A DNA stretch of 64,000 bases from Haplodiscus bocki (lineage: Eukaryota), in NCBI GenBank assembly GCA_965655095.1, contig OZ296648.1, positions 156,240,001 through 156,304,000 on the forward strand, given 5' to 3'. Of this stretch, positions 14,301 to 27,700 are shown piece after piece (the stretch's first letter is position 1; each line of letters begins with the position of its first letter). The notes beneath the pieces are model-generated. The model was not told the origin of the DNA, did not search any database, and saw only the letters and a list, made by a program, of their open reading frames with translations. The position numbers and the translations under genes were made by a program.

Positions 14301-15660
14301 CTTTTTAACGGAAACTGAGGGCGAATTCTTGTTCTCTCGGTTATGCATCAGTGCAAAGGCATCCAATTGTCGTAATTCGATTGTTCAATTAGTTGAATTA
14401 ACATCGTATTGACGGTAATTTATAAAAAAGTCCACGTTTGTTTCGCGCAAGAGTTGAATGTTCTGCAAAAGTATGTTTTTCTCAACGTCCAGGTTTTTAC
14501 AACAATTATTTGTTGTGGACTTTGATTGCACTAGCCGAAATTAATTTCGCAAGTCATTGGAATACATCATTTGCAATTGCAAAGCATTTGGAACGCAAAA
14601 TTGTGGTGTGGTTTTTTTTGGCAGACGCATGTTGAAGTTTTGTTGGTTAAAACCTGGAAAAGGAATCTTACCGTCAGATTTTTTTTGGCCTCGCTTCGCC
14701 ACTGGTCGAAAAATACCTCTTCACGTCTTAGTTGGTGAAGAATCGAACTTTTTGGTTTTGCATAGTTTGTAGACAGTTCTAACGCCCATTTGCTGACATT
14801 ATCTCAAGTGAGCACAACTGGGATCAAATCTAAGTGAATGATGCTTCTGCAAATTGTACGGAAGTGATCTATGAAGTGCTTGCTTCGTTCTGTGTACGAA
14901 GCAGACTTGCAAACATTTTCCGACAGCCGAAACAATTCTCGGAAATCTTCATTCCACTAAAAACTGAGCTCCTACACAAAGTTTTCCTTCTTAACGCACA
15001 TTACTCCAAACAGAGTGCTTGTTACGATTTAAATAGAAAAAATGTTTTTTTGGTAAAATTTTTGTCTAATGTGAGCTTTTGAAGAATTGTACAATGATGA
15101 AAAAGGCTTATTAGTCCCGAATTTTGTCGCAAATTGAACTTCGTTTTGAGAATCACCTGATTCACCGGTCACGAGTACACAGCAGATCAAACATAGATTT
15201 CCAGAAAACAGAAAACCTATACTAATAACCGGCAGAATTTTTCCCTTTAACAACACGTAGAACCCAATTTTGTTGATTTGGTGTCTTTATGGCAAACCAC
15301 AGGTTTTCTTGAAATATCGCCATTCACGTCCAGCCACGTTTTTTTAAGTATCATCAATTTGTCAGATATTACTTCCGGTTGCTTTTTGGACAAAGTCACA
15401 TCGCAATGCTAATTGTTTGATGAAAAACATCAAAATTCCTATAAGGATGTCTTTTAAACAAAAATTGAATTTCTTTCAGCGAACTTTTTAACGGAAATTG
15501 AGGGCGAATTCTTGTTCTCTCGGTTATGCATCAGTGCAAAGGCATCCAATTGGCGTAATTCGATTGTTCAATTAGTTGAATTAACATGGTATTGACGGTA
15601 AATTATAACAAAGTCCACGTTTGTTTCGCGCAAGAGTTGAATGTTCTGCAAAAGTATGTT
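5330..15660. repeat. Young homogeneous sub-block A of array 1 (~9 near-identical monomers)
   Basis: Shared diagnostic words ('ccggtcacgagtacacagcag', 'ttggaatacatcatttgcaa', 'aaaaaggcttattagtcccg'). Near-identical ORF translations at 10885/12069, 11018/12202 and 13373/14557. Confidence 0.9.
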
Positions 15661-15669
15661 TTCCTCAAC

Positions 15670-18600
15670 CTCCAGATTTTGACAACTTTCAATTGTTGGG
15701 GACTTTGATTGAACTAGCCTAAATTAATTTCACAAGTCATTGGGACACTTCAATTGCTATTGCAAACCTTTTGGAACGTAAAATTGTGGTGTGGTTTCTA
15801 ATTCAGCAGATGCATGTCGACTTTTTGTCGGTTAAAACCTGAAAAGGGAATGTTTTGGTCAGTTTCTCATTGGCCTCGCATCGCCACTGGTTGAAAATTA
15901 CCTCATCATGTTTTCGTTGTTGAAGAACTGAACATATAATTTTTGCACGGTTTGTAGGCGGTTTTAACGCGCATTTGCTGACATTATCTCAACTGAGCAC
16001 AACTGGGATCAAAACTAAGTGAGTGAGGCTTTTCAAAATTGCACGAAAATGATCACGGAAGTACTTGCTTTGTTCTATGTACGAAGCAGACTAGCAATTA
16101 ATTTTCGACAGCCAAAACAATTCTCAGAAATATTGATTCCACTGAAAACAAAGCTCTGAGACAAAGTTTTCCTTCTTAGCGCACATTATTCCAAACAGAT
16201 CTTGTTATAACGTGATTAGAAAAAATGTTTTTTGGGTAAACATTTTTTCTCCGGTGAGCTTTTGAAAAATTGTACAATGAGGGAAAAGGTTTAGTAGTCC
16301 CGAATTTTGTCGCAAATTGAACTTCGTTTTGAAATTTACCTGATTCACTGCTCAAGAGTATACAGCAGATCAAACATAGAGTCGCAGAAATCAGAAAAAC
16401 TTTACTGATAACCAGCAGCTTTTTTCCCATTAACAACACTTAGAACCCACTTTCTTCGATTGGTGTCTTTATGGCAAACCACAAGTTTTCCTGAAACTTC
16501 GCCATTTACGTCAAACCACATTTTTTTAGGTATCATCACTTTAGCAGATAATACTTCCGGTTGATTTTTGGACAAACTAACATCGCAATGCTGTTTGTTT
16601 GATGAAAAAACACAAAATTCCTAAATTGATGTCTTTTAAAGAAAATTTGCACTTCTGTCAGCGAACTTCTTTACGGAAAAATAGGGCGAACACTTGTTCT
16701 CCCGGTTCTTCATCAATGCAAAGGCATCCAATTGGCGTAATTCGTTTGTTCAATTAGTTGAACTAGCTTCCTACTACTGGTAAATCATAACAAAGTCCAG
16801 GTTTGTTTCGCGTGAGAGTTGAATGTTCTGCAAAAGTATGTTTTCCTGAACGTCCAGATTTTTACAACTTTTAATTGTTGGGGACTTTGATTGAACTAGA
16901 TGAAACTAATTTCACAAGTCATCCGGACACTTCAATTGCAAATGCAAAGCTTTTGGAACGTAAAATTGTGACTTGGTTTCTATTTCAGCAGATGCTTGTC
17001 GACTTTTTGTCGGTTAAAACCTGAAAAGGGAATGTTTTGGTCAGTTTCTCATTGGCCTCGCATCGCCACTGGTTGAAAATTACCTCATCATGTTTTCGTT
17101 GTTGAAGAACTGAACATATAATTTTTGCACGGTTTGTAGGCGGTTTTAACGCGCATTTGCTGACATTATCTCAACTGAGCACAACTGGGATCAAAACTAA
17201 GTGAGTGAGGCTTTTGAAAATTGCACGAAAATGATCACGGAAGTACTTGCTTTGTTCTATGTACGAAGCAGACTAGCAATTAATTTTCGACAGCCAAAAC
17301 AATTCTCAGAAATATTGATTCCACTGAAAACAAAGCTCTGAGACAAAGTTTTCCTTCTTAGCGCACATTATTCCAAACAGATCTTGTTATAACGTGATTA
17401 GAAAAAATGTTTTTTGGGTAAAAATTTTTTCTCCGGTGAGCTTTTGAAAAATTGTACAATGAGGGAAAAGGTTTAGTAGTCCCGAATTTTGTCGCAAATT
17501 GAACTTCGTTTTGAAATTTACCTGATTCACTGCTCAAGAGTATACAGCAGATCAAACATAGAGTCGCAGAAATCAGAAAAACTTTACTGATAACCAGCAG
17601 CTTTTTTCCCATTAACAACACTTAGAACCCACTTTCTTCGATTGGTGTCTTTATGGCAAACCACAAGTTTTCCTGAAACTTCGCCATTTACGTCAAACCA
17701 CATTTTTTTAGGTATCATCACTTTAGCAGATAATACTTCCGGTTGATTTTTGGACAAACTAACATCGCAATGCTGTTTGTTTGATGAAAAAACACAAAAT
17801 TCCTAAATTGATGTCTTTTAAAGAAAATTTGCACTTCTGTCAGCGAAATTTTTTACGGAAAAATAGGGCGAACACTTGTTCTCCCGGTTCTTCATCAATG
17901 CAAAGGCATCCAATTGGCGTAATTCGTTTGTTCAATTAGTTGAACTAGCTTCCTACTACTGGTAAATCATAACAAAGTCCAGGTTTGTTTCGCGTGAGAG
18001 TTGAATGTTCTGCAAAAGTATGTTTTCCTGAACGTCCAGATTTTTACAACTTTTAATTGTTGGGGACTTTGATTGAACTAGATGAAACTAATTTCACAAG
18101 TCATCGGGACACTTCAATTGCAAATGCAAAGCTTTTGGAACGTAAAATTGTGACTTGGTTTCTATTTCAGCAGATGCTTGTCGACTTTTTGTCGGTTAAA
18201 ACCTGAAAAGGGAATGTTTTGGTCAGTTTCTCATTGGCCTCGCATCGCCACTGGTTGAAAATTACCTCATCATGTTTTCGTTGTTGAAGAACTGAACATA
18301 TAATTTTTGCACGGTTTGTAGGCGGTTTTAACGCGCATTTGCTGACATTATCTCAACTGAGCACAACTGGGATCAAAACTAAGTGAGTGAGGCTTTTGAA
18401 AATTGCACGAAAATGATCACGGAAGTACTTGCTTTGTTCTATGTACGAAGCAGACTAGCAATTAATTTTCGACAGCCAAAACAATTCTCAGAAATATTGA
18501 TTCCACTGAAAACAAAGCTCTGAGACAAAGTTTTCCTTCTTAGCGCACATTATTCCAAACAGATCTTGTTATAACGTGATTAGAAAAAATGTTTTTTGGG

Positions 18601-18950
18601 TAAAAATTTTTTCTCCGGTGAGCTTTTGAAAAATTGTACAATGAGGGAAAAGGTTTAGTAGTCCCGAATTTTGTCGCAAATTGAACTTCGTTTTGAAATT
18701 TACCTGATTCACTGCTCAAGAGTATACAGCAGATCAAACATAGAGTCGCAGAAATCAGAAAAACTTTACTGATAACCAGCAGCTTTTTTCCCAATAACAA
18801 CACGTAGGACCCACTTTCTTCGATTGGTGTCTTTATGGCAAACCACAGGTTTTCCTGAAACTTCGCCCTTTACGTCAAACCACGTTTTTTTTAGGTATCA
18901 TCACTTTATCAGATAATACTTCCGGTTGATTTTTGGACAAACTAACATCG
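15670..18950. repeat. Young homogeneous sub-block B of array 1 (3 monomers, 1,182-bp period)
   Basis: Near-identical minus-strand ORFs at 16176, 17358 and 18540 (exact 1,182 spacing). Diagnostics 'aaagctctgagacaaag' and 'atgagggaaaagg'. Confidence 0.9.
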
Positions 18951-21549
18951 TAATGCTGTTTGTTTGATGAAAAAACACAAAATTCCTATAATGATGTCTT
19001 TTGAAAAAAATTTTGCACTTCTTTCAGCGAAGCTTTCTACAGAAAAAGAAGGCGAGTTCTTGTTATCTCGGTTCTGCATCAGTCCAAAGGCATCCAATTG
19101 GCCTAATTCGATTGTTCAATTAGTTGAATTAGTATCGTACTACCGGTAAATTATAAAGAAGTCCACGTTTTTTTGCGCAAGAGGTGAATGTTCTGCAAAA
19201 GTATGTTCTCTTCAACGTCCAGATTTTTACAAATTTTAAGTGGTGTGGACTTTGATTGAACTAGCGGAAGTTAATTTCACAAGTCATTGGGACACTTCAA
19301 TTGCAACTGCAGAACTTTTGGAACGCAAAATTGTGACTTGGTTTCTAATTCAGCAGTTGCTTGCCGAAGTTTTGTCGGTTAAAACCTGGAAAGGGAATGT
19401 TTCCGTCAGTTTCTTATTGGCCTCGCCTCGCCACTGGTTGAAAATTACCTCATCACGTTTTCCTTGTTGATGAATTAAACATAAAAATTTTGCATGGTTT
19501 GTAGACGGTTTCAACGCCCATTTGCTGACATTACCTCAAGTGAGCACAACTGGGATCAGAACAAAGTGAGTGAAGCTTCTGAAAATTCTGCGGAAGTGAT
19601 CTATAAAGTACTTGCTTCGTTTTATGTATGAAGCAGACTTGTAATTATTTCCCCACAGCCGAAACACTTCTCAGAAATCTTGATCACACTGAAAACTGAA
19701 CTCCTACACAAAGTTTTCCTTCTTAGCGCATATTATTCCAAACTGAAAGCTTGTTACAACGTGATTAGAAAAAATGTTCTTTCAGAAAAAACATTTATCT
19801 CCGGTGAGCTTTTGAAGAACTGTACAATGATGAAAAACGTTTAGTAGTCCCGAAGATTGTCGCAAGAAGAATTTCGTTTTGAAAACCACCTGATTCACCG
19901 CTCAAGAGTATACAGTAGATCAAACATAGAGTCCCAGAAATCAGGAAAACTATACTGATAACCAGCAGCCTTTTTCCAAATAACAACAAGTAGAACCCAC
20001 TTTTTTCGATTGTTGTCTTTATGGCAAACCACAGGTTCTCTTGAATTTTCGCTACTTACGTCAAGCCACGTTTCTCTGAGTATCATCACTTTGTCATATA
20101 AGACTTCCGGTTGATTTTTGGACAAACTAACATCGTAATGCTATTTGTTTGATGAAAAAACTAAAACTTCCTATATTGATGTCTTTTAAAAAAAATTTGC
20201 ACTTCTTTCAGCGAATTTTTACGGAAAAATAGGGCGAACACTTGTTCTCCCGGTTCTTCATCAATGCAAAGGCATCCAATTGGCGTAATTCGTTTGTTCA
20301 ATTAGTTGAACTAGCTTCCTACTACTGGTAAATCATAACAAAGTCCAGGTTTGTTTCGCGTGAGAGTTGAATGTTCTGCAAAAGTATGTTTTCCTGAACG
20401 TCCAGATTTTTACAACTTTTAATTGTTGGGGACTTTGATTGAACTAGATGAAACTAATTTCACAAGTCATCGGGACACTTCAATTGCAAATGCAAAGCTT
20501 TTGGAACGTAAAATTGTGACTTGGTTTCTATTTCAGCAGATGCTTGTCGACTTTTTGTCGGTTAAAACCTGAAAAGGGAATGTTTTGGTCAGTTTCTCAT
20601 TGGCCTCGCATCGCCACTGGTTGAAAATTACCTCATCATGTTTTCGTTGTTGAAGAACTGAACATATAATTTTTGCACGGTTTGTAGGCGGTTTTAACGC
20701 GCATTTGCTGACATTATCTCAACTGAGCACAACTGGGATCAGAACTAAGTGAGTGAGGCTTTTGTAAATTGCATGAAAATGATCGATGAAGTACTTGCTT
20801 CGTTCTATGTACGAAGCAGACTAGCAATTAATTTTCGACAGCTGAAACACTTCTCAGAAATCTTGATTCCACTGAAAACTGAGCTCCTAGACAAAGTTTT
20901 CCTTCTTAGCGCACATTATTCCAAACAGATCTTGTTATAACGTGATTAGAAAAAATGTTTTTTGGGTAAAAAATTTAATTCCGGAGTGCTTTTGAAGAAT
21001 TGTACAAAGATGAAAAACGTTTAGTAGTCCCGAAGATTGTCGCAAGAAGAACTTCGTTTTGAAAACCACCTGATTCACCGCTCAAGAGTATACAGCAGAT
21101 CAAACAAAGAGTCCCAGAAATCAGAAAAACTAAACTGATAACCAGCAGCTTTTTCCCCAATAACAACACGTAGGACCCATTTTTTTTCCTTTGGTGTCTT
21201 TATGGCAAACCACAGGTTTTTTGAAATTTCACCATTTACGTCAAGCCACGTTTTTTTAGGTATCATCACTTTGTCAGATAATACTTCCGGTTGATTTTTG
21301 GACAAACTAACATCGTAATGCTATTTGTTTGATGAAAAAACTTAAAATTCCTATATTGATGTCTTTTGAAAAATTTTTGCACTTCTCTCAGCGAAGTTTT
21401 TTTACGGAAAAAGTAGGCGAAGTCTTGTTCTCTCGGTTTTGCATCAATCCAAAGGCATCCAATTGGCGTAAATCGATTGTTCAATTAGTTGAATTAGTAT
21501 CGTACTACTGGTAAATTATAAAAAAAGTCCACGTTTTTTTCGCGCAAGA

Positions 21550-23930
21550 GGTGAATGTTCTGCAAAAGTATGTTCTCTTCAACGTCCAGATTTTTACAAC
21601 TTTTAGTTGTTGTGGACTTTGATTGAACTAGCCGAAGTTAATTTCAAAATTCATTGGGACACTTTCATTGCAATTGCAAAGCTTTTGGAACCTAAAAATG
21701 TGACTTGGTTTCTTAATCAGCAGATGCTTGTCGACATTTGTCGGTTAAAACTTGAAAAGGGAATGTTTCCGACAGTTTCTTATTGGCCTCACCTCGCCAC
21801 TGGTTGAAAATAACCTCATCAAGTTTTCGTTGTTGAAGAATTAAACATATAAATTTTCCATGGTTTGTAGACGGTTTTAACGCCCATTTCCTGACATTAT
21901 CTCAAGTGAGCACAACTGGGATCAGAACAAAGTGAGTGATGCTTCTGAAAATTGTACGGAAAAGATCTATGAAGTACTTGCTTCGTTTTTTGTACGAAAC
22001 ACATATGTAAATAATTTCCGACAGCCGAAACAATTCTCAGAAATCTTGATTTCACTAAAAACTGAGCTCCTACACAAAGTTTTCCTTCAAAGCGCACATT
22101 ACTCCAAACAGAGAGCTTGTTTAAAAGTAAATAGCAAAAATGCTTTTTGGAAAAAACTTTTGTCTTCGATGAGATTTTGAAGAATTGTACAAAGAGAGAA
22201 AATGTTTAGTTGTACCGAATTTTGTCGCAAATTGAATTTCGTTTTGAAAACTACCTGATTCACCGCTCAAGAGTATACAGCAGATTAAACATAGAGTTCC
22301 AGAAATCAGAAAAACTATACTTATAACCAGCAGCGTTTTTCCCATTATCAACACGTAGAACCCTATTTTTTCGAAAGATTTCTTTATGGCAATTCACAGG
22401 TTTTCTTGAAATTTCACCATTTACGTCAAGCCACGTTTTCCCAAGTATCATCATTTTGTCAGATATTACTTCCGGTTGCTTTTTGTACAAAGTCACGTCG
22501 CAATGCTAATTGTTTGATAAAAAAACTAAAATTTCCTATATTGATGTCTTTGAAAGAAAATTTTGCACTTCTTTCAGCGAAGTTTTTCACGGAAAAAGAG
22601 GACGAATTCTTGTTCTCCCGGTCTTGCATCAGTGCAAAGGCGTCCAATTGGCGTAATTTGATTGTTCAATTAGTTGAATTAGCATCGTACTATCGGTAAA
22701 TCAAAACAAAGTCCATGTTTGTTTCACGTAAGAGTTGAATGTTCTGCAAAAGTATGTTCTCTTCAACGTCCAGATTTTTACAACTTTTAGTTGTTGTGGA
22801 CTTTGATTGAACTAGCCGAAGTTAATTTCAAAATTCATTGGGACACTTTAATTGCAATTGCAAAGCTTTTGGAACCTAAAAATGTGACTTGGTTTCTTAA
22901 TCAGCAGATGCTTGTCGACGTTTTGTCGGTTAAAACTTGAAAAGGGAATGTTTCCGACAGTTTCTTATTGGCCTCACCTCGCCACTGGTTGAAAATAACC
23001 TCATCAAGTTTTCGTTGTTGAAGAATTAAACATATAAATTTTCCATGGTTTGTAGACGGTTTTAACGCCCATTTCCTGACATTATCTCAAGTGAGCACAA
23101 CTGGGATCAGAACAAAGTGAGTGATGCTTCCGAAAATTGTACGGAAAAGATCTATGAAGTACTTGCTTCGTTTTTTGTACGAAACACATATGTAAATAAT
23201 TTCCGACAGCCGGAACAATTCTCAGAAATCTTGATTTCACTAAAAACTGAGCTCCTACACAAAGTTTTCCTTCAAAGCGCACATTACTCCAAACAGAGAG
23301 CTTGTTTAAAAGTAAATAGCAAAAATGCTTTTTGGAAAAAACTTTTGTCTTCGATGAGATTTTGAAGAATTGTACAAAGAGAGAAAATGTTTAGTTGTAC
23401 CGAATTTTGTCGCAAATTGAATTTCGTTTTGAAAACTACCTGATTCACCGCTCAAGAGTATACAGCAGATTAAACATAGAGTTCCAGAAATCAGAAAAAC
23501 TATACTTATAACCAGCAGCGTTTTTCCCATTATCAACACGTAGAAACCTATTTTTTCGAAAAGTTTCTTTATGGCAATTCACAGGTTTTCTTGAAATTTC
23601 ACCATTTACGTCAAGCCACGTTTTCCCAAGTATCATCATTTTGTCAGATATTACTTCCGGTTGCTTTTTGTACAAAGTCACGTCGTAATGCTAATTGTTT
23701 GATAAAAAAACTAAAATTTCCTATATTGATGTCTTTGAAAGAAAATTTTGCACTTCTTTCAGCGAAGTTTTTCACGGAAAAAGAGGACGAATTCTTGTTC
23801 TCCCGGTCTTGCATCAGTGCAAAGGCATCCAATTGGCGTAATTTGATTGTTCAATTAGTTGAATTAGCATCGTACTACCGGTAAATCAAAACAAGGTCCA
23901 TGTTTGTTTCACGTAAGAGTTGAATGTTCT
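21550..23930. repeat. Recent two-monomer duplication (sub-block C, 1,185-bp period)
   Basis: ORF sets at 21897/23082, 21932/23117, 22121/23306 and 22406/23591 are identical or nearly so at a constant offset of 1,185. Confidence 0.9.
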
Positions 23931-24788
23931 GCAAAAGTAAGTTTTCTTCATCTTCCAGACTCTTACAATTTCTTTGTTGTGGATTTTGATTGAACTAGCC
24001 GAAGCTAATTTTGCAAGTCATTGGGACGCTTCAATTGCAATTGCAAAGCTTTTGGAACGTAAAATTGCGACTTGGTTCCTAATTCAGCAGATACATGTCG
24101 CCGTTTTGTCGGTTAAATCCTGAAAAAGGAATGTTTCCCTCAGTTTCTTATTGGCCTCGCCTCGCCACTGGTTGAAAATTACCTCATCATGTTTTCGTTG
24201 TTGAAGAATTAAAAACATAAATTTTGCAGGGTTCGTAGGCGGCTTTAATGCCCATTTGCTGACATTATCCCAAGTGAGCACAACTGGGGTCAGGACTAAG
24301 TGAGTGATGCTTCTGAAAATTGTACCGAAGTGATCTATGAAAAACTTGCTTCGTTCTATGTACGAAGAAGACTTGCCAATAATTTTCGACAGCTGAAACA
24401 ATTTTCAGAAGTCTTGATTGCACAAAAAACTGAGCTGGTCCACAAAGTTTTGCTTCTTAGCGCACATTACTCCAAACAAGGAGCTTGTTACAAAGTAAAT
24501 AGAAAAACTGTTTTTTCGGTAAAAATTTTGTCTTCGGTGAGCTTTTGATGAATTGTACAATGATGAAAAACGTTCAGTAGTCCCCAAGTTTGTCGCAAAT
24601 TGAATTTCGTTTTGAAAACTACCTGATTCACCGCTCAAGAGTATTCAACAGATCAAACATAGAGTCCCAGAAATAAGAAAAACTGTACTGACAACCAGCA
24701 GCTCTTTTCCCAAAAACAACACGCAGAACTCAATTTCTTTGATTGGTGTCTTTATGGCAAACCACAGGTTATCTTAAAGTTTCGCCAT
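23644..24788 (-). pseudogene. Fossil ~380-codon ORF of unknown family forming the array-1 monomer (representative copy)
   Basis: One frame runs from ATG 24788 to 24084 (235 codons, 3 internal stops) and includes track ORFs 24405..24638 and 24084..24401 in the same frame. After frameshifts it continues through ...SQFYVPKALQLQLK...EENLLLQNIQLLRETNMD... into 23644..23832 (DAFALMQ...KATGSNI*). No family motif was recognised. Confidence 0.45.
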
Positions 24789-27700
24789 TGACGTCATGCC
24801 ATGTTCTTCTAAGTATCATCACTTTGTCAGATATTACTTCCGGTTGCTTTTTGGACAAAGTCACACCGCAATGTTAAATGTTTGATGAAAAAACTTGAAG
24901 TTCCGAAAATGATGTCTTTTGAAAAACTTTTTGCACTACTTTCAGCGAAGTTTTTCACGGAAAAAGAGGGCGGATTCTTGTTCTCCCGGTTCTGCATCAG
25001 TGCAAAGGTATCCAAATGGCGTAAATCGATTGTTCAATTAGCTGAATTAGCATCGTACTACCGGTAAATCAAAACAAAGTCCATGTTTGTTTCACGTAAG
25101 AGTTGAATGTTCTGCAAAAGTACGTTTTCCTCAACGACCAGAATTTCACAACTTTTAATTTTTGTGGATTTTGATTGAACTAGCCGAAAATAATTTCACA
25201 AGTCATTGGTACACTTCAATTGTTGTTGCGAAGCTGTTGGAACCTAAAATTGTGACTTGGTTTCTAATTCAGCAGATGCATGCTTACGTTTTTTCGTTTA
25301 GAATTTGAAAAGGGATTATTTCCGTCAGTTTCTCATTGGCCTCGCCTCGCCACTTGTTGAAAAATACCTCATCATGTTTTCGTTGTTGAAGAATTAAAAA
25401 CAAAAAATTTTTCATGGTTTGTAGACGGTTTTAATGCCCATTTGCTGACATTATTTCAATTGAGCACAACTGGGATCAGAAGGAAGTGAGTGATGCTTCT
25501 GAAAAATGTACGGAAGTTATCTATGAAGTCCTTGCTTCGTTCTCTGTACGAAGCAGACTTGCCAATAATTTTCGACAGCTGAAAAAATTCTCAGAAGCCT
25601 TGATTCCACTAAAAACTGAGCTCCTACACAAAGTTTTTCTTCTTAGCACACATTACTCCAAACAAGGAGCTTGTTACAAAGTAAATAGAAAAAATGTATT
25701 TTGGGTAAAAGTTTTGTCTTCGGTGAGCTTTTGATGAATTGTACAAGGATGAAAAACGTTCAGTAGTTCCGAAGTTTGTCGCAAGTTGAGCTTCGTTTCG
25801 AAACTCGACTGATTCACCGCTCAAGTGTATTCAGCAGATCAAACATAGAGTGCCAGAAATCAGAAAAACTATACTGATAACCAGCAGCGTTTTCCCCAAT
25901 AACAACACGTAGGACCCATTTTTTTTCGGTTGGTGTATTTCTGGTAAACCACAGGTTTTCTTGAAATTTTGCCATTTACGTCAGGCCACGTTTTTCTAAG
26001 TATCAACATTTTGTCAGATAATATTTCCGGTTGTTTTTTGGACAAAGTCACATCGTAATGCTAATTGTTTGCTGAAGAAACTAAAGTTCCTTTATTGCTG
26101 TCTTTTGATAATTTTCTTGCACTTCTTTCAGCGAAATTTTTTTACGGAAAAGGGGGGGGCGATTTTTTGTCATCTTGGTTCTGCATCAGTGCAAAGGCAT
26201 CCAATTGGCGTAATTCGATTGTTCAATTAGTTGAATTAGCATCGTACTAGCGGTGAATTGTAACAAATTCCGTTTTTGTTTCGCGCAAGACGTGAAAACT
26301 CTGCAAAAGTATGTTTTCATCATCGTCCAGAGTTTTAGAAATTTTTATTGTTGTGGACTTTAATTGACCTACCCGAAGTTAATTTCACAAGTCATTGGGA
26401 CATTTCAGTTGCAATTGCAAAGCTTTTGGAACGTAAAGTTGTGACTTGGTTCCTAATCCAGCAGATGCATGTCGCCGTTTTGTCGGTTAAAACCTGAAAA
26501 AGGAATTTTTCCGTCAGTTTTTTTTTACCTTGACTCGCCACTGGTTGAAAATTACCTCATCACGTCTTCATTGCTGAAAAACTAAACCTATAAATTTTTC
26601 ATGGTTTGTAGACGGTTTTAATGCCCATTTGCTGACATCATTTCAGGTGAGCACAACTGGGATCAGAACAAAATGAGTGATGCTTCTGAAAATTGTACGG
26701 AAGTGATCAGTGAGGTACTTGCTTCGCTTTATGTACGAAGCAGACTTGTAAATATTTTCCGACAGCCAAAACATTTCCCAGAAATCTTGATTCCACTAAA
26801 AACTGACCTCATGCACAAAGTTTTCGTTCTTAGCGCACATTACTCCAAACAGAGAGCGTGTTACAAAGTGAACAGAAAAATTGATCTTGGGTAAAAAATT
26901 TATTGTCGGTCAGTTTTGAAGAATTGTACATTGATGAAAAAGGCCTATTAGTCCCGAAGTTTGTCGCAAAATGAACCTGGTTTTGAAAACCACCTGATTC
27001 ACCGCTCAAGAGTATACAACAGATCAAACATAGAGTCCCAGAAATCAGAAAAACTATACTGATAACCAGCAGCTTTTTTCCCACTATACACGTAGAACCC
27101 ATTTTCTATGATTGGTGTCTTTATGGCAAACCTCAGGTTTTCTTGAAATTTCGCCATTTACCTCAAGCCACGTTTTTGCAAGTAACATCACGTTGTCAGA
27201 TTTTACTTCCGGTTGCTTTTTGGACAAAGTCACATTATAATGCTAATTGTTTGATGCAAAAGTAAAACTTCTTATTTTGATGTCTTTTAAAATAAATTTT
27301 GCACTTCTTTCAGCGAATTTTTCTACGGAAAAAAAGGCGATTTTTTGTTATATCGGTTCTGCATCAGTGCAAAGGCATCCAATTGGCGTAATTCGATTGT
27401 TCAATTAGTTGAATCAGCATCGTACTGGCGGCAAACTTTAACAAAGTCCACGTTTGTTTCGCGCAAGAGGTGAATGTTCTGCAAAAGTACGTTTTCCTCA
27501 ACGACCAGAATTTCACAACTTTTAATTGTTGTGGACTTTGATTGAACTAGCCGAAAATAATTTCACAAGTCATTGGTACACTTCAACTGCTGTTGCGAAG
27601 CTGTTGGAACCTAAAATTGTGACTTGGTTTCTAATTCAGCAGATGCATGCTTACGTTTTTTCGTTTAGAATTTGAAAAGGGATTATTTCCGTCAGTTTCT

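Noticed and set aside
24345-24365. CENP-B box in the monomer ('cttcgttctatgtacg')
   Set aside because: It matches TTCG-N4-A but lacks the required CGGG.
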